A DNA stretch of 64,000 nucleotides from the human T2T-CHM13v2.0 reference genome, Homo sapiens. Where the stretch lies: assembly GCF_009914755.1 (NCBI RefSeq), contig NC_060925.1; one strand, written 5' to 3'. This document shows, one piece after another, positions 25,693 through 40,459 of the stretch; position 1 is the stretch's first letter; each line of letters starts with the position of its first letter. A program made the position numbers and the translations under genes. A model generated the notes under the pieces. The model made no database searches. It worked only from the letters and a program-made list of their open reading frames with translations, and was not told the origin of the DNA.

Positions 25693-27789
25693 GGTTTTTT
25701 TGTTTTTTGTTCTATTTTTTGCTTAGAAGATTGTGAGACTCATCAGTCCTAGGCCAGAGGAATGCTCTGGAGTGTTTATTGAATAGGTGAATATATGAGT
25801 CATCTGACTTGTGGTCTTCTGTTATCACTTAGGTGAATGGATATGACAGTAGCTAAAAGGAGAGGCTGGAAGAGATTATAGAATTTTGTGGAGAAAAATT
25901 CGTTCTTTTCCTGAGGGAAGGCCAAAGCCTGCAGTCATGATGGAGTTGGAGAAAGGTGTGAAGGGCCAGGCCAGGAGCCCAGGGAGAGGAGGCCTGAGAG
26001 AGGAGGTGAGAGTCCCTTGCAGGGAGCTGCAACGGCTCATGTGGGCTTCCCAGCCCAGCCTCTCCCAACTGCAGCAGAGGGAGGGAACCTAGAGCAGAAA
26101 GTGCTTGGGCTCTCCATCTGACAGCCCGTTCAAATGCTTGCTCTTCTGGTGACAGAGTCTGTGTCACTCTGTCTGCCTCACATGGCTGTGAGGTTGGATC
26201 TAATTCACCTTGTGTCCCGAGCTGCCTGGCACAGAGGGTGCCTCAGAACCAACTCATGGAGTGAGGTGGCTGCTGACTGGGCTAGTCCCTTCCCAGGGAG
26301 AATGGCATTTCTGTTAGAGTCCCAGTTGCATGTCTCTCTCTTCTATCCATCTTCTTTCTCATCAGTATTCAATTTTTCTTCTCAGCCCTGTGGAATGAAG
26401 CCTGTGAACAGCCCATTTTCACTTCTGAAGCAGTTGGTCCCCCACAAAAAGATTATTTTCTCCAAAGCAGATGAAAATCCCCTTTCCCTCCCCCTGCTCC
26501 TGCAGCCTGTGGTCATGGAGGCAAAGAAATCACCCCTTCCTCTGCCACTTACCAGCTGTGGTCCTGTGCAAATGTCTTAGCTTCTCTGAGCCTCTGTTTC
26601 CTTTCTGTAGAGTGAAAATAATTCATTATTTGTGAGATTATGTGAGGATTAAGTAATACTGTATGTGGAAGGGCTGAACACAGTGCTTGGCACAAAGTTG
26701 GGTGCAATAAAAGAGAATTCCCTTCTAGACTCCACCAAGCATAGCACTGGATTAAGAACACTTCTGTGGATTGATCTCACATGATCCCACATGTCCATTA
26801 CCTGTGTGTGTCCATGTGTGTGCATGTACATTGTACCTATGGATATGTGCGTGCTATGTTTGTGTGCATCTGAGTGTGGGTATGTGTAAATAGACACATG
26901 CGTTCATATGTGTGCTTGTCTGTGCACATGATTATGTGTGTGCGTGTGTGTTTTCCCGGCACTATTAGTAGGAAGCTGTAATTATGCTTTATGCCAGCAG
27001 CAGCGGCAACAGCAGTGGCGGTGGCAGCTCTGTTTCCCCAGCCATTAAGCTGCCTCCCTCCACTCATCTGGGGGTGGGGAGCTGGAGCCACTGCCTGCCC
27101 TCCCCATCCCTGCATGCTGCATGAGCACCCAGCCATCCCGCTCTCTCACCATATGCCTGTCTTTTACAGTTCTTTGGTGCGTGGTGCTCATCGAGTGGCT
27201 AATTAGCTAAATGAATTAATTGACATCCATACATGCAATTAGCAAATGGTTATAAGCAGCTATTCTCCTTGGGATGTCTAAAATTCTAAGGGTCAGATGC
27301 TGGGAGGGTTACTTTAATGAGTAAATAAGAGATAAGAGCGGCCAGTGTAAGTACCTGGGGGGCTCTGTGAACTTGATGGCCTGGCAGTCGGGGGACGGGA
27401 CCCAGGAAGGAGGGAGGAGGTGGTTATGAGCCTGGTAGGGGGAAACTGACTCCATTCACCAGGAATCAGGAGCCTCAGGTTCTGGCCCCATTTATGCGAC
27501 TTTCTCTATGACCTTGAGTAAATCCCTTCCCGGTCTGGGTCACAGTCTCCGCTTCTGATGGGGATGGATGGAACCAGCTTGTCTCAGAACTCTCCCTGCT
27601 CCAATATCCTCCCTTGCCTTAAGCCAAAGTTTCTAATAAGAAACAGGGCTGTGTAGAGATGGGGCGAAGTGCCCCCCTTCTTTATTCCAGGGCACACCAT
27701 TACTATGCTCTCCCACTTGTAGGTTTTGGTACATGCTGTGCCCCTGCTCCTAATGCCCGGTCCACCTTCTCTGCCTTTAAGATAATGCA

Positions 27790-28002
27790 GAGTGGCATTG
27801 TCCAGTAGAATGTCCTGAATGACGGATATGTTCTATATCCCTACTATCCCATATGGTAGCCATGAGCCACATGTAGCTGTTGGGTCCTTGAAATATGACT
27901 AGTGCAACTGAAGGGCTGAATTTTTAATTTATTTACTTTTAATTCATTTAAATTTAAATAGCCACATGTCGCTAGTGGCTATTGTATTGGGCAGTGCAGC
28001 TC
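27790..28002. mobile_element. MER3 (hAT-Charlie) non-autonomous DNA transposon
   Basis: TGTCCAGTAGAA...GGTAGCCATGAGCCACATGTAGC...TAAATAGCCACATGTCGCTAGTGGCTATTGTATTGGGCAG. Confidence 0.75.
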
Positions 28003-28023
28003 GAGCTCCTTTAAGATCCAGTC

Positions 28024-28086
28024 CATTCATTCATTCATTCATTCATTCATTCATTCATTCATTCATTTGCTAATTCATTCATTCAT
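28024..28086 (+). repeat. (TTCA)n microsatellite at an L2 terminus
   Basis: CATTCATT repeats followed by L2-like CAACAAATATTTTTTGAGTATCTGCTGTGGCCAGGCAC. Confidence 0.8.
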
Positions 28087-28306
28087 CCAACAAATATTTT
28101 TTGAGTATCTGCTGTGGCCAGGCACTGAGGAGACTATTGAGAATAAGCAGGCATGACCCTTGCCCTCATGAAGCATTTGTATGGGAAGGGATAGGAGAGA
28201 CAGGAGAGAGAACAAGAACTAGACAAAATAATTGGAAGTTATAATAGAAGCTAGGAAAGAAACAAGGGGCTGAGACAGAGAATAGAAAGCCTGGGGCAGC
28301 CTTCTT

Positions 28307-28340
28307 CTTCTTCTTTTTTTTTTTTTTTTTTTTTTGAGAC
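28307..28340 (-). mobile_element. Ultra-short 5'-truncated Alu insertion (poly-A plus ~5-7 nt of body)
   Basis: (CTT)n-T22-GAGAC flanked by direct repeat GGCAGCCTTCTT at 28295-28306 and 28341-28352. Confidence 0.65.
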
Positions 28341-30457
28341 GGCAGCCTTCTTTAGATGGGGTGGTCAGGAAAGGTGTCTCTGAGGTCTGAGGAGGAGCCA
28401 TGTAAGCTGAGATCCAGGGGTGAGAAGGAGCTTTCCAGGGAGAGTGTGTGTGTTTATGTTGGGGGGTGCAGGGGCTGCTCCAGGCAGAGGGCCCAGCAGT
28501 GCTGCGGTGGAGGCAGGAGAGAGCTGGGTGAGTCTGAGGAAATCAGTGGGGTTGGAGTGTAGTGAGTGTGGGGCAAGACCAGGAAAGGAGGGGCAGGGGC
28601 CAGATGAAAGACCATAGGGAGGACTATGGATTTTGTTGTAAGGGCAGCAGAGGTCACTAAAGGGTTCTAGACAGGGGCACATCTTCAGAAGTTGACCTGG
28701 CTGCTTCCTAGGGCTGGGTTGGAGGAAGCCCTAAGTGAAGGTGGGTGATGGTCGTCTAGGGAAGGGGAACTGGCCAGGGTGGTACAAGATGCCACTACAG
28801 GGGCCAGGTGTGGTGGTTCACACCTGTAATCCCAGCATTTTGGGAGGCCGAGGTGGATGGATCACTTGAGGTCAGGAGTTCGAGACCAGTCTGGCCTACA
28901 TAGTGAAACCCTGTCTCTACTAAAAATACAAAAAAATTAGTTGGGCGTGGTGGCACACACCTGTGATCTCAACTACTCAGGAGGTTGAGATGGGAGAATC
29001 ACTTGAACCCAGGAGGCAGAGGTTGCAGTGAGCCGAGATCGTGCCACTGCACTCCAGCCTGGGTGACAGAGCAAGACTCTGTCTCAAAAAACAAAACAAA
29101 ACAAAACAAAAAAACTTCATTGGATTTGTTTCAAAAAAAAAAAGATACCACAACACAACAACCTGGATACCACAACAACCTGGAAGCTTTCCCTGGCTTC
29201 CCCGGGCTGGACCAGTCTCCTCTCTGTGCTCCTGCCACCCCCAGGCCTGACTGTGTCATGGCACTTTCACCCCTTGCTGTCACCATCTATTAAGGTCAGA
29301 CCCACCAGATGTGGGCCTTCCCCAACGTGGCCATGTCTGATTCTGTGTCTCCACCTCGCTCAGCCCAGGCCCTGGTGCAGAGCAGTGTTAAGGGGACACA
29401 GCCTCTCCCCAGCTCGGCCTGGGGGTCCTCCATCTCCTGGGAAGAGGCTGCCTGGGAAGCTAGCAGTGATGATGGGACAGAGGGCTGGGCCTTTGCCAGC
29501 TCTGCAACCCCGGGCCCCTGCCTTCTCCGCTACCTCACCTGCCTCGTGGCAGCACTTTAGAGTTTATAGAGCCTCTTTTCCATCTGTGGCCTCAGCAACT
29601 CTCCAAAAAGCCCTGAGATGGAGGTGAAGAGGTAATTCTTTTCCCCATTTTACAGATAAGCAAACAGGAGCCCAGAGAGGCCAAGTGCCTAGGCCTAGAG
29701 CAGGGCCCATCAATCTCTCTGAAGGCTACCAAGTACAGAGGTTAAGTGTACAGCTTTGGGGTCAGACAGACTGGTTTGAATGCTGGCTGTTAATTTCTCA
29801 GCTGTGTGACTTCAGGCAAAGTACTTAATCTGTGTGAGCATGAGTGTCCTCATCCAGAAAATGAGGAGAATAACTGCCTTTATGTTTCGGGGTGGTTGTG
29901 GGGCTTGTAAAGTGCTCAGGGGAATACCTGTCACATGACAAACATTTAGTACTGGTGGCAGTTGCTATTTGGGAATCTGGCAGGAGTACAGAACTCCCCA
30001 ACAAAATGCACACAGGGTCTCAGAAGGTTCACAGAACCCCTGCCGCCCAGCCATGATGCCTTGGGAAACATGGGCGCCAGGTGAAGAGAATGTAATGAGA
30101 AAGACCTATTTATAATGCAGTAAAACAAGCATCTAAGGAACATTATAAAATGTCTAAGGAGTAAAAACTGCAAAACCAGCATGGAAAAAAGTTAATATTT
30201 AACTGAAGGGCATTAAAAAGACTTAAATAAATGGTGAGAAAGACTTAACAATGATAAAGGTATAAATTCTCCTTAAATGAATAGATAGCCGGGGGCGGTG
30301 GCTCATGCCCGTAATCCCAGCACTTTAGGAGGCCGAGGTGGGCCGATCACCTGAGGTCAGGAGTTCGAGACCAGCCTGACCAACATGAAGAAACCCTGTC
30401 TCTACCAAAAATACAACAAGAGCAAAACTCCATCTAAAAAATAAATAAATAAATGAA

Positions 30458-30492
<35 letters not shown>

Positions 30493-30629
30493 ATTTAATG
30501 CAACTCCAATCTGATATTCCAACAGGGATTTCTAAGGAACTTGACATACTGATTCTGAAATATGTGTATAAGAATAAAGATCAAGAAAATAGCCAAGGCA
30601 TTTCTAAAGAATAAGGTGGTTAGACATGC

Positions 30630-31368
<739 letters not shown>

Positions 31369-31974
31369 CTTGCCCAACCAGATATCAAGATTTATGAAAA
31401 GGCCCTAAAAATTAAAACAGTGTGGAGTTGATGCAGGAATGGACAAAATGATGAGTGGAATAGAATTGAAAGCCTGCCAGAGATTTGCATTTAATTTACA
31501 TAATAGAAGCAAAAGACAGTATTGCAGAGATGAAAACTATGGCAGATTCTGGAGGGAGACTGCCTAGGTTTGACACTTATTAGCTGTGTGATCTTGGACA
31601 AGTTGCTGAATCTCTCTGGCCTCAGTCTCCCTGGTGGGGAAAGGGAAACTATTCAATAAATGGAAGTGGAAAACATAGTTATAGACACGGAAAAATGAAA
31701 TTGGATTTGTACCCAACTTTTTAACCAAAAGTCCATATCAACAATAGCACTTTGAAACTTCGAGGAGAAAGTGTAAGTGAAAATCTTTTTGACTTTGGGG
31801 TAATTCTTTACAAAGGCCTTAAAAGTGCTAACCATAGGATGGGCATGGTGGCTGACGCCTGTAATCCCAGTACTTTGGGAGGCTGAGGCGGGCAGAACAC
31901 CTCAGGTCAGGAGTTCAAGACCAGCCTGGGGAACATGGTGAAACCCCGTCTCTACTAAAAATACAAAAAAATTA

Positions 31975-32203
<229 letters not shown>

Positions 32204-32319
32204 TCAGCCCTTTGGGAGGCTGAGGCTGGGAGTTCAAGGTTACAGTGAACAGTGAATTATGATAGTGCCACTGCACTCCAGCCTGGGTGACAGAGCAAGC
32301 CTTGTCTCTAAAAATACAT

Positions 32320-32364
<45 letters not shown>

Positions 32365-32937
32365 TACATAGAAGATTGATATAGTTGACTATATTAAAAC
32401 CCAGAACTTCTTTTTCTGAAAAGGAATCTTAAAGTAAAAATACTCCAGAGGGCTGGGTGAGGTGGCTTACGCCTGTAATCCCAGTATTCTAGGAGGCTGG
32501 GGTGGGAGGATTGCTTGAGCCCAGGAGTTTGAGAACAGCCTGGACAACATAGTGAGACTCTGTCTCTACAAAAAAAAAAAAAAAAAAAAAAATGTAGCCA
32601 GACGTGGTGGTGTGTGCCTGTAGTCCCAGCTACTCAGGAGATTGACGTGGGAGGATCTCTTGAGCTTGGGAGTTCCAGGCTGTAGTGCGCTGTGTTATTG
32701 CTACTGCACTCCAGCCTGGGAGACAGAGACAGACCCCATCTTAAAACAAACAAACAAACAAACAAACAAACAAACACTACAAAGAAGACATTTGTAATGC
32801 AGATAACCAATAACAGATAGGTGTCAAGAATATGTAAAATTATGTCTAGCCTTAAAAAAGAAAAAAAAAAGACTGGCCGGGTGAGGTGACTCACACCTGT
32901 AATCCCAGCACTTTGGGAGGCTGAGGCAGGTGGATCA

Positions 32938-33312
<375 letters not shown>

Positions 33313-34124
33313 TTAGAAGAGAAAATGTGAACATGTATAGTCAATAAACTTCTGAAGAGATGCTCATCTTACTAGTAATCAGGGAAATGAAATTCAAGAC
33401 AATTAAATCCCATTCTGCATCTGAATGGCCAAAATTGAAAAGTCTGACAATTAAAGAGGCTGTGGATCAATGGGACTGCTTATACATTGCTGGTTGGAGT
33501 ATAAATTGGTACAACTGCTTTGAAAACCAATTTATTATTATTATTTTGTAACACTGGACATTTTTATATATCCCAGGAACTCCACTCTAGATATACTCAA
33601 GAGAAACTCTTGTATAGCACCAGGAGTCATGTATAAGGATATTCCTTACAGCAGTCTGCGGTAGCAAAACAGCAATAACAAAACCCCTAACTCCATCAGG
33701 GAGAGAGAATAAGAAATACGAATTCAGGATAGTGATTCCCTGGGGATGAGATGGGGAGAAGAATATTGGTAGATTAAATTTGTCACTGATGCTATACAAT
33801 TTTGGTGGTAGGTTCACAGATCTTCATTACATTATTAAAAATAAGTGGGGCTGGGTGTGGTGGTTTATGCCTGTAATTCCAGCATTTTGGGAGGCCCAGG
33901 TGGGAGGATCACTTGAAGCCAGGAGTTTGAGACCAGCCTGGACAACATAGTGAGACCCTGTCTTTATAAAAAATAAAAAATTAGCTGGGTGTGGTGGTGT
34001 GTGCCTGTAGTCTCAGCTGCTCGGGAGGCTGAGGTGGGAAAATCACTTGAGGCTGGGAGATTGAGTCTACAGTGAACTGCCCTCCAGCTAGGACAACAGA
34101 GTGAGACCTTGTCTCAAAAAATAA

Positions 34125-34439
<315 letters not shown>

Positions 34440-35404
34440 TGGATGTTTGTTAAAACCCATAGAATGTATACGAATGAACCCTAATGTAAGCTATGGACTT
34501 TAATTAATAGTATATCAGTATTGGCTCATCAGTTGAAACAAATGCCCCCTACTAATTCAAGATTTTAATAATAAGGGAAATTGGAGTGGGAAATAAGGAT
34601 ATATCGGAACTCTCTGTGCTTTTCACTCAATTTTTCTGTAAACCTGAAACTGCTAAAAAATAGTCTATTAGTTAAATAAATTAAAAAGTGGACAAACAAA
34701 TGAAGAATAAATAAATATAAAAGACAGCTATGAGTGTGTTGAGCCAAGGATTATGATTAATCCAGTTCTATGCATCTGAGAGTTATTAAAAACAAACAAG
34801 TAAATCAAAGACAAACAGATTCCCAGACTGGAACCAAGAAAAATCTAACATTATGAAATAAAAGTAAGAGCCATGCTTTGCACTCAGATGTCAATTATCT
34901 AAACAGAACGTGGAGATTAAAAGGGATTCATATAGGAAGAGTTCTAGAAGTTTTCATTGATAATGCAATGATCTTTTGTTGTTTTTTTTTTTTATTGTTA
35001 TTTTTATTTGAGACAGGGTCTTGTGCTGTCACCCGGGCTGGAGTGCAGTGGCATGATCTCAGTTCACTGCAAACTCTGCCTCCCAGGCTCAGGTGATTCT
35101 CTCATCTTAGCCTCCTGAGTAGCTGAGACCACAGGTGGGTGCCACCATGCCTGGCTAATTTTTGTTTTTTTTGTAGAGATGGGTCTTACTATGTTGCCCA
35201 GGCCGGTCTTGAACCCCTGAGCTCAAGTGATCCACCTGCTGTGGCCTCCCAAAGTGCTGGGATTACAGGTGTGAGCTGCTGTGCCTGGCCTGTTGTTTTT
35301 AAAGATGACAAAAATATAGTCTCAGGCTGTTTCAATATTATTACTAATTGAGTTTAAAATGGTGTTCTGACAATATTTATTTATTTATTATTATTATTAT
35401 TTGA

Positions 35405-35509
<105 letters not shown>

Positions 35510-35552
35510 TGAGTAGCTGGGATTACAGGCGCCCACTACCATGCCTGGCTAA

Positions 35553-35705
<153 letters not shown>

Positions 35706-35938
35706 TAAAATTTCCCCTCCTTAACAAGACTGCACTAAAATGACAGCAAAGAAAATAAAAAGGTACAAATCCACAATAATGAAGAGGCTGGAAGGGAGAG
35801 ATATCAGCAAATAAGAAATTTCAACAAATTGTAGCAGTTAGCCAATAAAAAAGACATAAAAGAGATGGAGGAGTAGCCTAGCATACTATGGAGGTGGATG
35901 TAGCTAAGGAGGAAGGTGGTATGTCTTGCAGAACTGAC

Positions 35939-36306
35939 TGATATGGTTTGGCTCTGTGTCCCCACCCAAATCTCATCTCGAATTGTAATCCTGGCATGTT
36001 GGAGGAGGGGCCTGGTGGGAGGTGATTGGATGAGGGGGGTGGTTTCCTCCATGCTGTTCTCATGACAGTGAGGGAGTTCTCACGAGATCTGGTTGTTTGA
36101 TAAGTGTTTGGCAGTTCTCCCTTTACTTTCTCTCTCCTGCCACCATGTAAGATGTGCCTTCCTTCCCCTTTGCCTTCCTCCATGACTGTAAGTTTCCTGA
36201 GGCCTCCCCAGCCATGAGGAACTGTGAGTCAATTAAATCCCTTTTCTTCATAAATTACCCAGTCTCAGGTAGTATCTTTATAGCAGTGTAGAAACGGACT
36301 AATATA
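35939..36306 (+). mobile_element. THE1 (THE1D-like) MaLR solo LTR
   Basis: Starts TGATATGGTTTGGCTCTGTGTCCCCACCCAAATCTC, ends ...CTTTATAGCAGTGTAGAAACGGACTAATATA. Confidence 0.88.
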
Positions 36307-36740
36307 CCAATAGTCGCAGGACTAAAGGTGAGGATAAGACTTGGGCAGAGAGTTAGGGATTAAATGAAGGTCCTGTTGCATCTGAATGCCCAGAAACTTG
36401 GCATCTACCACACAGGAACACCATTTGAAGACTCTTCTCCAAAGAAATTGGATGGTCCCAGAAAAAAGACCTTTGCAAAAAGCCCTCTGGGGTCTCCCAG
36501 CATCATGACCTGTTTCTTACCCCAAATCCTGAATTTGCCTACTAGTAAGCCTCACCCTGTTCACACAGAGCTCCCAATCTATTGTCTCATTCTGAAATAT
36601 GGACTGACAGCTCATCAGCATACATTTGAGAAAAGTCTGCACAAAGCAAAGGTCAGAAACAACCCTAGAGGAAACAGAACTCATTCAGGAGACAGAAGAG
36701 AACTCTAAAATACTTAATGTCTTCAGAGAGATTCAAAGTC

Positions 36741-36775
36741 ATGCTTGCTTTGGCAGCACATATACTAAAATTGGA
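36741..36775 (+). pseudogene. RNU6: U6 snRNA 5' fragment (nt ~1-35), tailless retropseudogene
   Basis: ATGCTTGCTTTGGCAGCACATATACTAAAATTGGA versus U6 GTGCTCGCTTCGGCAGCACATATACTAAAATTGGA; differences are CpG-type transitions. TSD GAGATTCAAAG(T/C)C at 36728-36740 and 36774-36786. Confidence 0.88.
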
Positions 36776-37120
36776 GATTCAAAGCCATCTTAGGTTCATA
36801 CAACATGAGTAGATGCTTTGAAAAAGGAACAGACTGGCCGGGCCTGGTGGCTCACACCTGTAATCCCAGCACTTTGGGAGGCTAAGGCGGGCGGATCATG
36901 AGGTCAGGAGTTTGAGACCAGCCTGACCAACATGGTGAAACCCTGTCTCTACTAAAAATTCAAAAAAATGTAGCTGAGCATGGTGGCACTCGCCTGTAAT
37001 CCCAGCTACTCAGGAGGCTGAGGCAGGAGAATCGCTTGAACCCAGGAGAGGCGAGGTTGCAGTGAGCAGAGATCACGCCACTGCACTCCAGCCTGGGCAG
37101 CGGAGGGAGACTCCATCTCA

Positions 37121-37393
<273 letters not shown>

Positions 37394-37865
37394 CTACTGG
37401 ACTTCAGCCTGGACGACAGAGCAAGACTCTGTTTCAGGGGGAAAAAAAAGATAGAAAAAAGAACAAACTAAACAATAATGGCAACAAAAAGAAAGTGTCC
37501 TTGAAAAGTAAAAAATATGACTGCTAAAATAGAAAAGTAAAATCATCGAGTAATTAAAATCAAATATTCCATAAATTAAAATGAGACGAAACAATGGAAA
37601 TAGCAGTGGAAAGATAAGAGACACAGGATCAATTCAATAACAAACTAATAGGTATTCAGGGATAGAACAGAGGAACTTATCAAAGAAATAATATAAAAGA
37701 ATTTCCTGGGCATAAGTCTATAGATGGAAAGGGCCTACCAAGTGCCCAGAAAAATGAATAAAATGAGAATCACATCTAGAAACATCATCAAGACTTCAGA
37801 AAACCTAGGATAAAGAGAAACCCCTAAAAGCTTCTAGAGAGAAAAAAATATTCCAGATTACTTAC

Positions 37866-38405
37866 TGTGTTAGGATTAGTTTCAGTCGCAAGGGACAGAC
37901 TTCCTCAAATATCAATGGCTTAAGTAAGGCAAATGTTTAGGTAATAATAAGGCAAATAAGGTAAAAGTCTTCCTCTTTCTCACATGCAATAAACACAGGC
38001 AATTCAGGCTGGTATGACATCTCCATGACTACCAGAAACCTGGCTGCCTCTTTCTTGAGTTTCCACTATCCCCAAAATGCTGCTTTCACCTATGGTCCAA
38101 GATGGCTGCTTGGGCACCTGCCAACATGTTTATGTTCCAGGTAGCAAGAAGGAGGCAGCAGGGGAGAAAGGCATGTCCCTTCCTGCTTTAAGAATGCATC
38201 CCAGAAGTTGTATACACCACTTTCACTTACATCCTACTGGTCAGATCTTGGTTATCTGCATATCTACTGGTCACACTTAGATGCAGGGAAGGCAGGCACA
38301 TGCAGTCTTTATTTTGAGTGGCATGTGCACGGTTAAAATTCAGGATTCTAATACTGAGGAAGAAAAACAATAGATATTAGGGGATGATCAGAAGTCTCTG
38401 TGTCA
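37866..38405 (-). mobile_element. Old MLT1 (J/I-like) LTR
   Basis: TGTGTTAGGATTAGTTTCAGTCGCAAG...CAAGATGGCTGC...GGTCACACTTAGATGCAGGGAAGGC pattern. Confidence 0.5.
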
Positions 38406-38445
38406 CATTTACAAAGGAAAATAGTCAAAATGGATTTTTTTTTAG

Positions 38446-38613
<168 letters not shown>

Positions 38614-40234
38614 TAGAGATGGAGTCTCCCTATGTTGCCCAGGCTGGTCTCGAACTCCTGGGCTCAAGCGATTCTCCTGCCTTGGCCTCCCAAAGTGCTG
38701 AGATTACAGACGTGGGCCACCGCATTTGGCCCCTCCTTGACTTAAATGTGTGTATCTTGGGCCAGCAGCCTTTGTTGGGTGTGCTGGTTGTTTTCTTATA
38801 GTCTCCCAGCTCTAAGATCGCCCTTGTGCATTATGGTCTGTTTTGACCAAAACTCAGCAAACCACCGTTTCCCAGGTGTCCTTGCCAGTTGGCTTCCTGT
38901 TAGGTTCTTCTGCTGGGAGGAACTGGCAGATGATCTCAAGGTAAGAGGAGAAACAGGACTTCGTTCCAGCAGCAAGGGACAGCAATGGCTTCAGCCCCTG
39001 GCTTCCTTTGGCTGTCTCAGCACCACCCATATCCAGTCCCCTCAGAAGTTTCAGTGCCATCTGGCCACATCTCTTAGCGGTGTGAAGACCAGTCCCCCAG
39101 AGGTCCCATTCCCAGCTACTCAGATATCCACACACCAGCCGGGTGATGCCCCTTGAAAGTCTGTAGCAGCCATGTGGGGCCTCCCCTCCAAGCAGTTAGG
39201 TTCTAGTAGCCATGCCTCTTCCCTTTTATTCCTGATTTGGCATTTACTAGTATCTGATTACTTCTTTCCCAGGAGTGGCAGCTGCTTTTTGTAGTTACTA
39301 ATATCTGGGTGATATCAACATCCCCTTTTTGTTTTTGCAAACTCCCAATATCTGTGTAACACCAATTCCCTACATTAAATTACCTGTGTCTGAGATTCCT
39401 TAGTTTCTGTTTTCCTGGACCTGATAGAGTGGGGAAGCCACCTCTTTAGCTCCCTTTCTCTGAATTATTTTGTCTAGTTGAAAGATTTACTGGGTGCTAT
39501 GCTCTTAACTGGACCTTTACTGTGAGACACTGTAATGCATTTAGAGGTTTTATTTTATTTTTTTGAGACAGGTTCTGTTGCCCAGATAATGGTTCACTGT
39601 AGGCTCAAACTCCTAGGCTCAAGGGGCCCTCCCACCTCAGCTTCCTGAGTAGCTGGGACCACAGGTGTGCCACCATGCCTAGCTAATTTAAAAATTTTTT
39701 TGTTGAGATGGGGGTCTCATGATGTTGCCTAGACTGGTCTTGAACTCCTGGGCTTAAGTGATTCTCCTGCCGTGGCCTCCCAAAGTGCTGGGATTACAGG
39801 CTTGATCCAGTGTCTGGCCGCACTTAGAGGTTTTAACAAGAGGGTGACGGCAATACTTCTGCTTCTGCCTAGGCTTTTTCACTCAAAAATCTCCTCACTT
39901 TCATCAGCTATAGATTGAGATTGAGAAGTAATCCTGTAAATCCTGATGTCTGGATTCTTTCTGTTTGATTTCATTCTTGCTGGTAAACTGGCCAATTATT
40001 TTCTGAGGCTAATAATTTTTGGAGTACCTTGTCAAATATAGCCAACAGCAACCAATACACACTACTAATGTTCTGTTGCTAACCTCTTTTTTTTTTTTTT
40101 TTTTTTTTTTGAGATGGAGTCTCCCTCTGTTGCCCAGGCTGGAGTGCAGTGGCATAATCTCGGCTCACTGCAACCTCCGCCCTCTGGGCTCAAGTGATTC
40201 TCCCATCTCAGCCCTCTAGTAGCTGGGACTATAG

Positions 40235-40459
<225 letters not shown>

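Noticed and set aside
26991-27030. PolyAla/polyGln-like coding repeat (GCA/CAG run)
   Set aside because: Short and impure, with no supportable splice sites or coding context.
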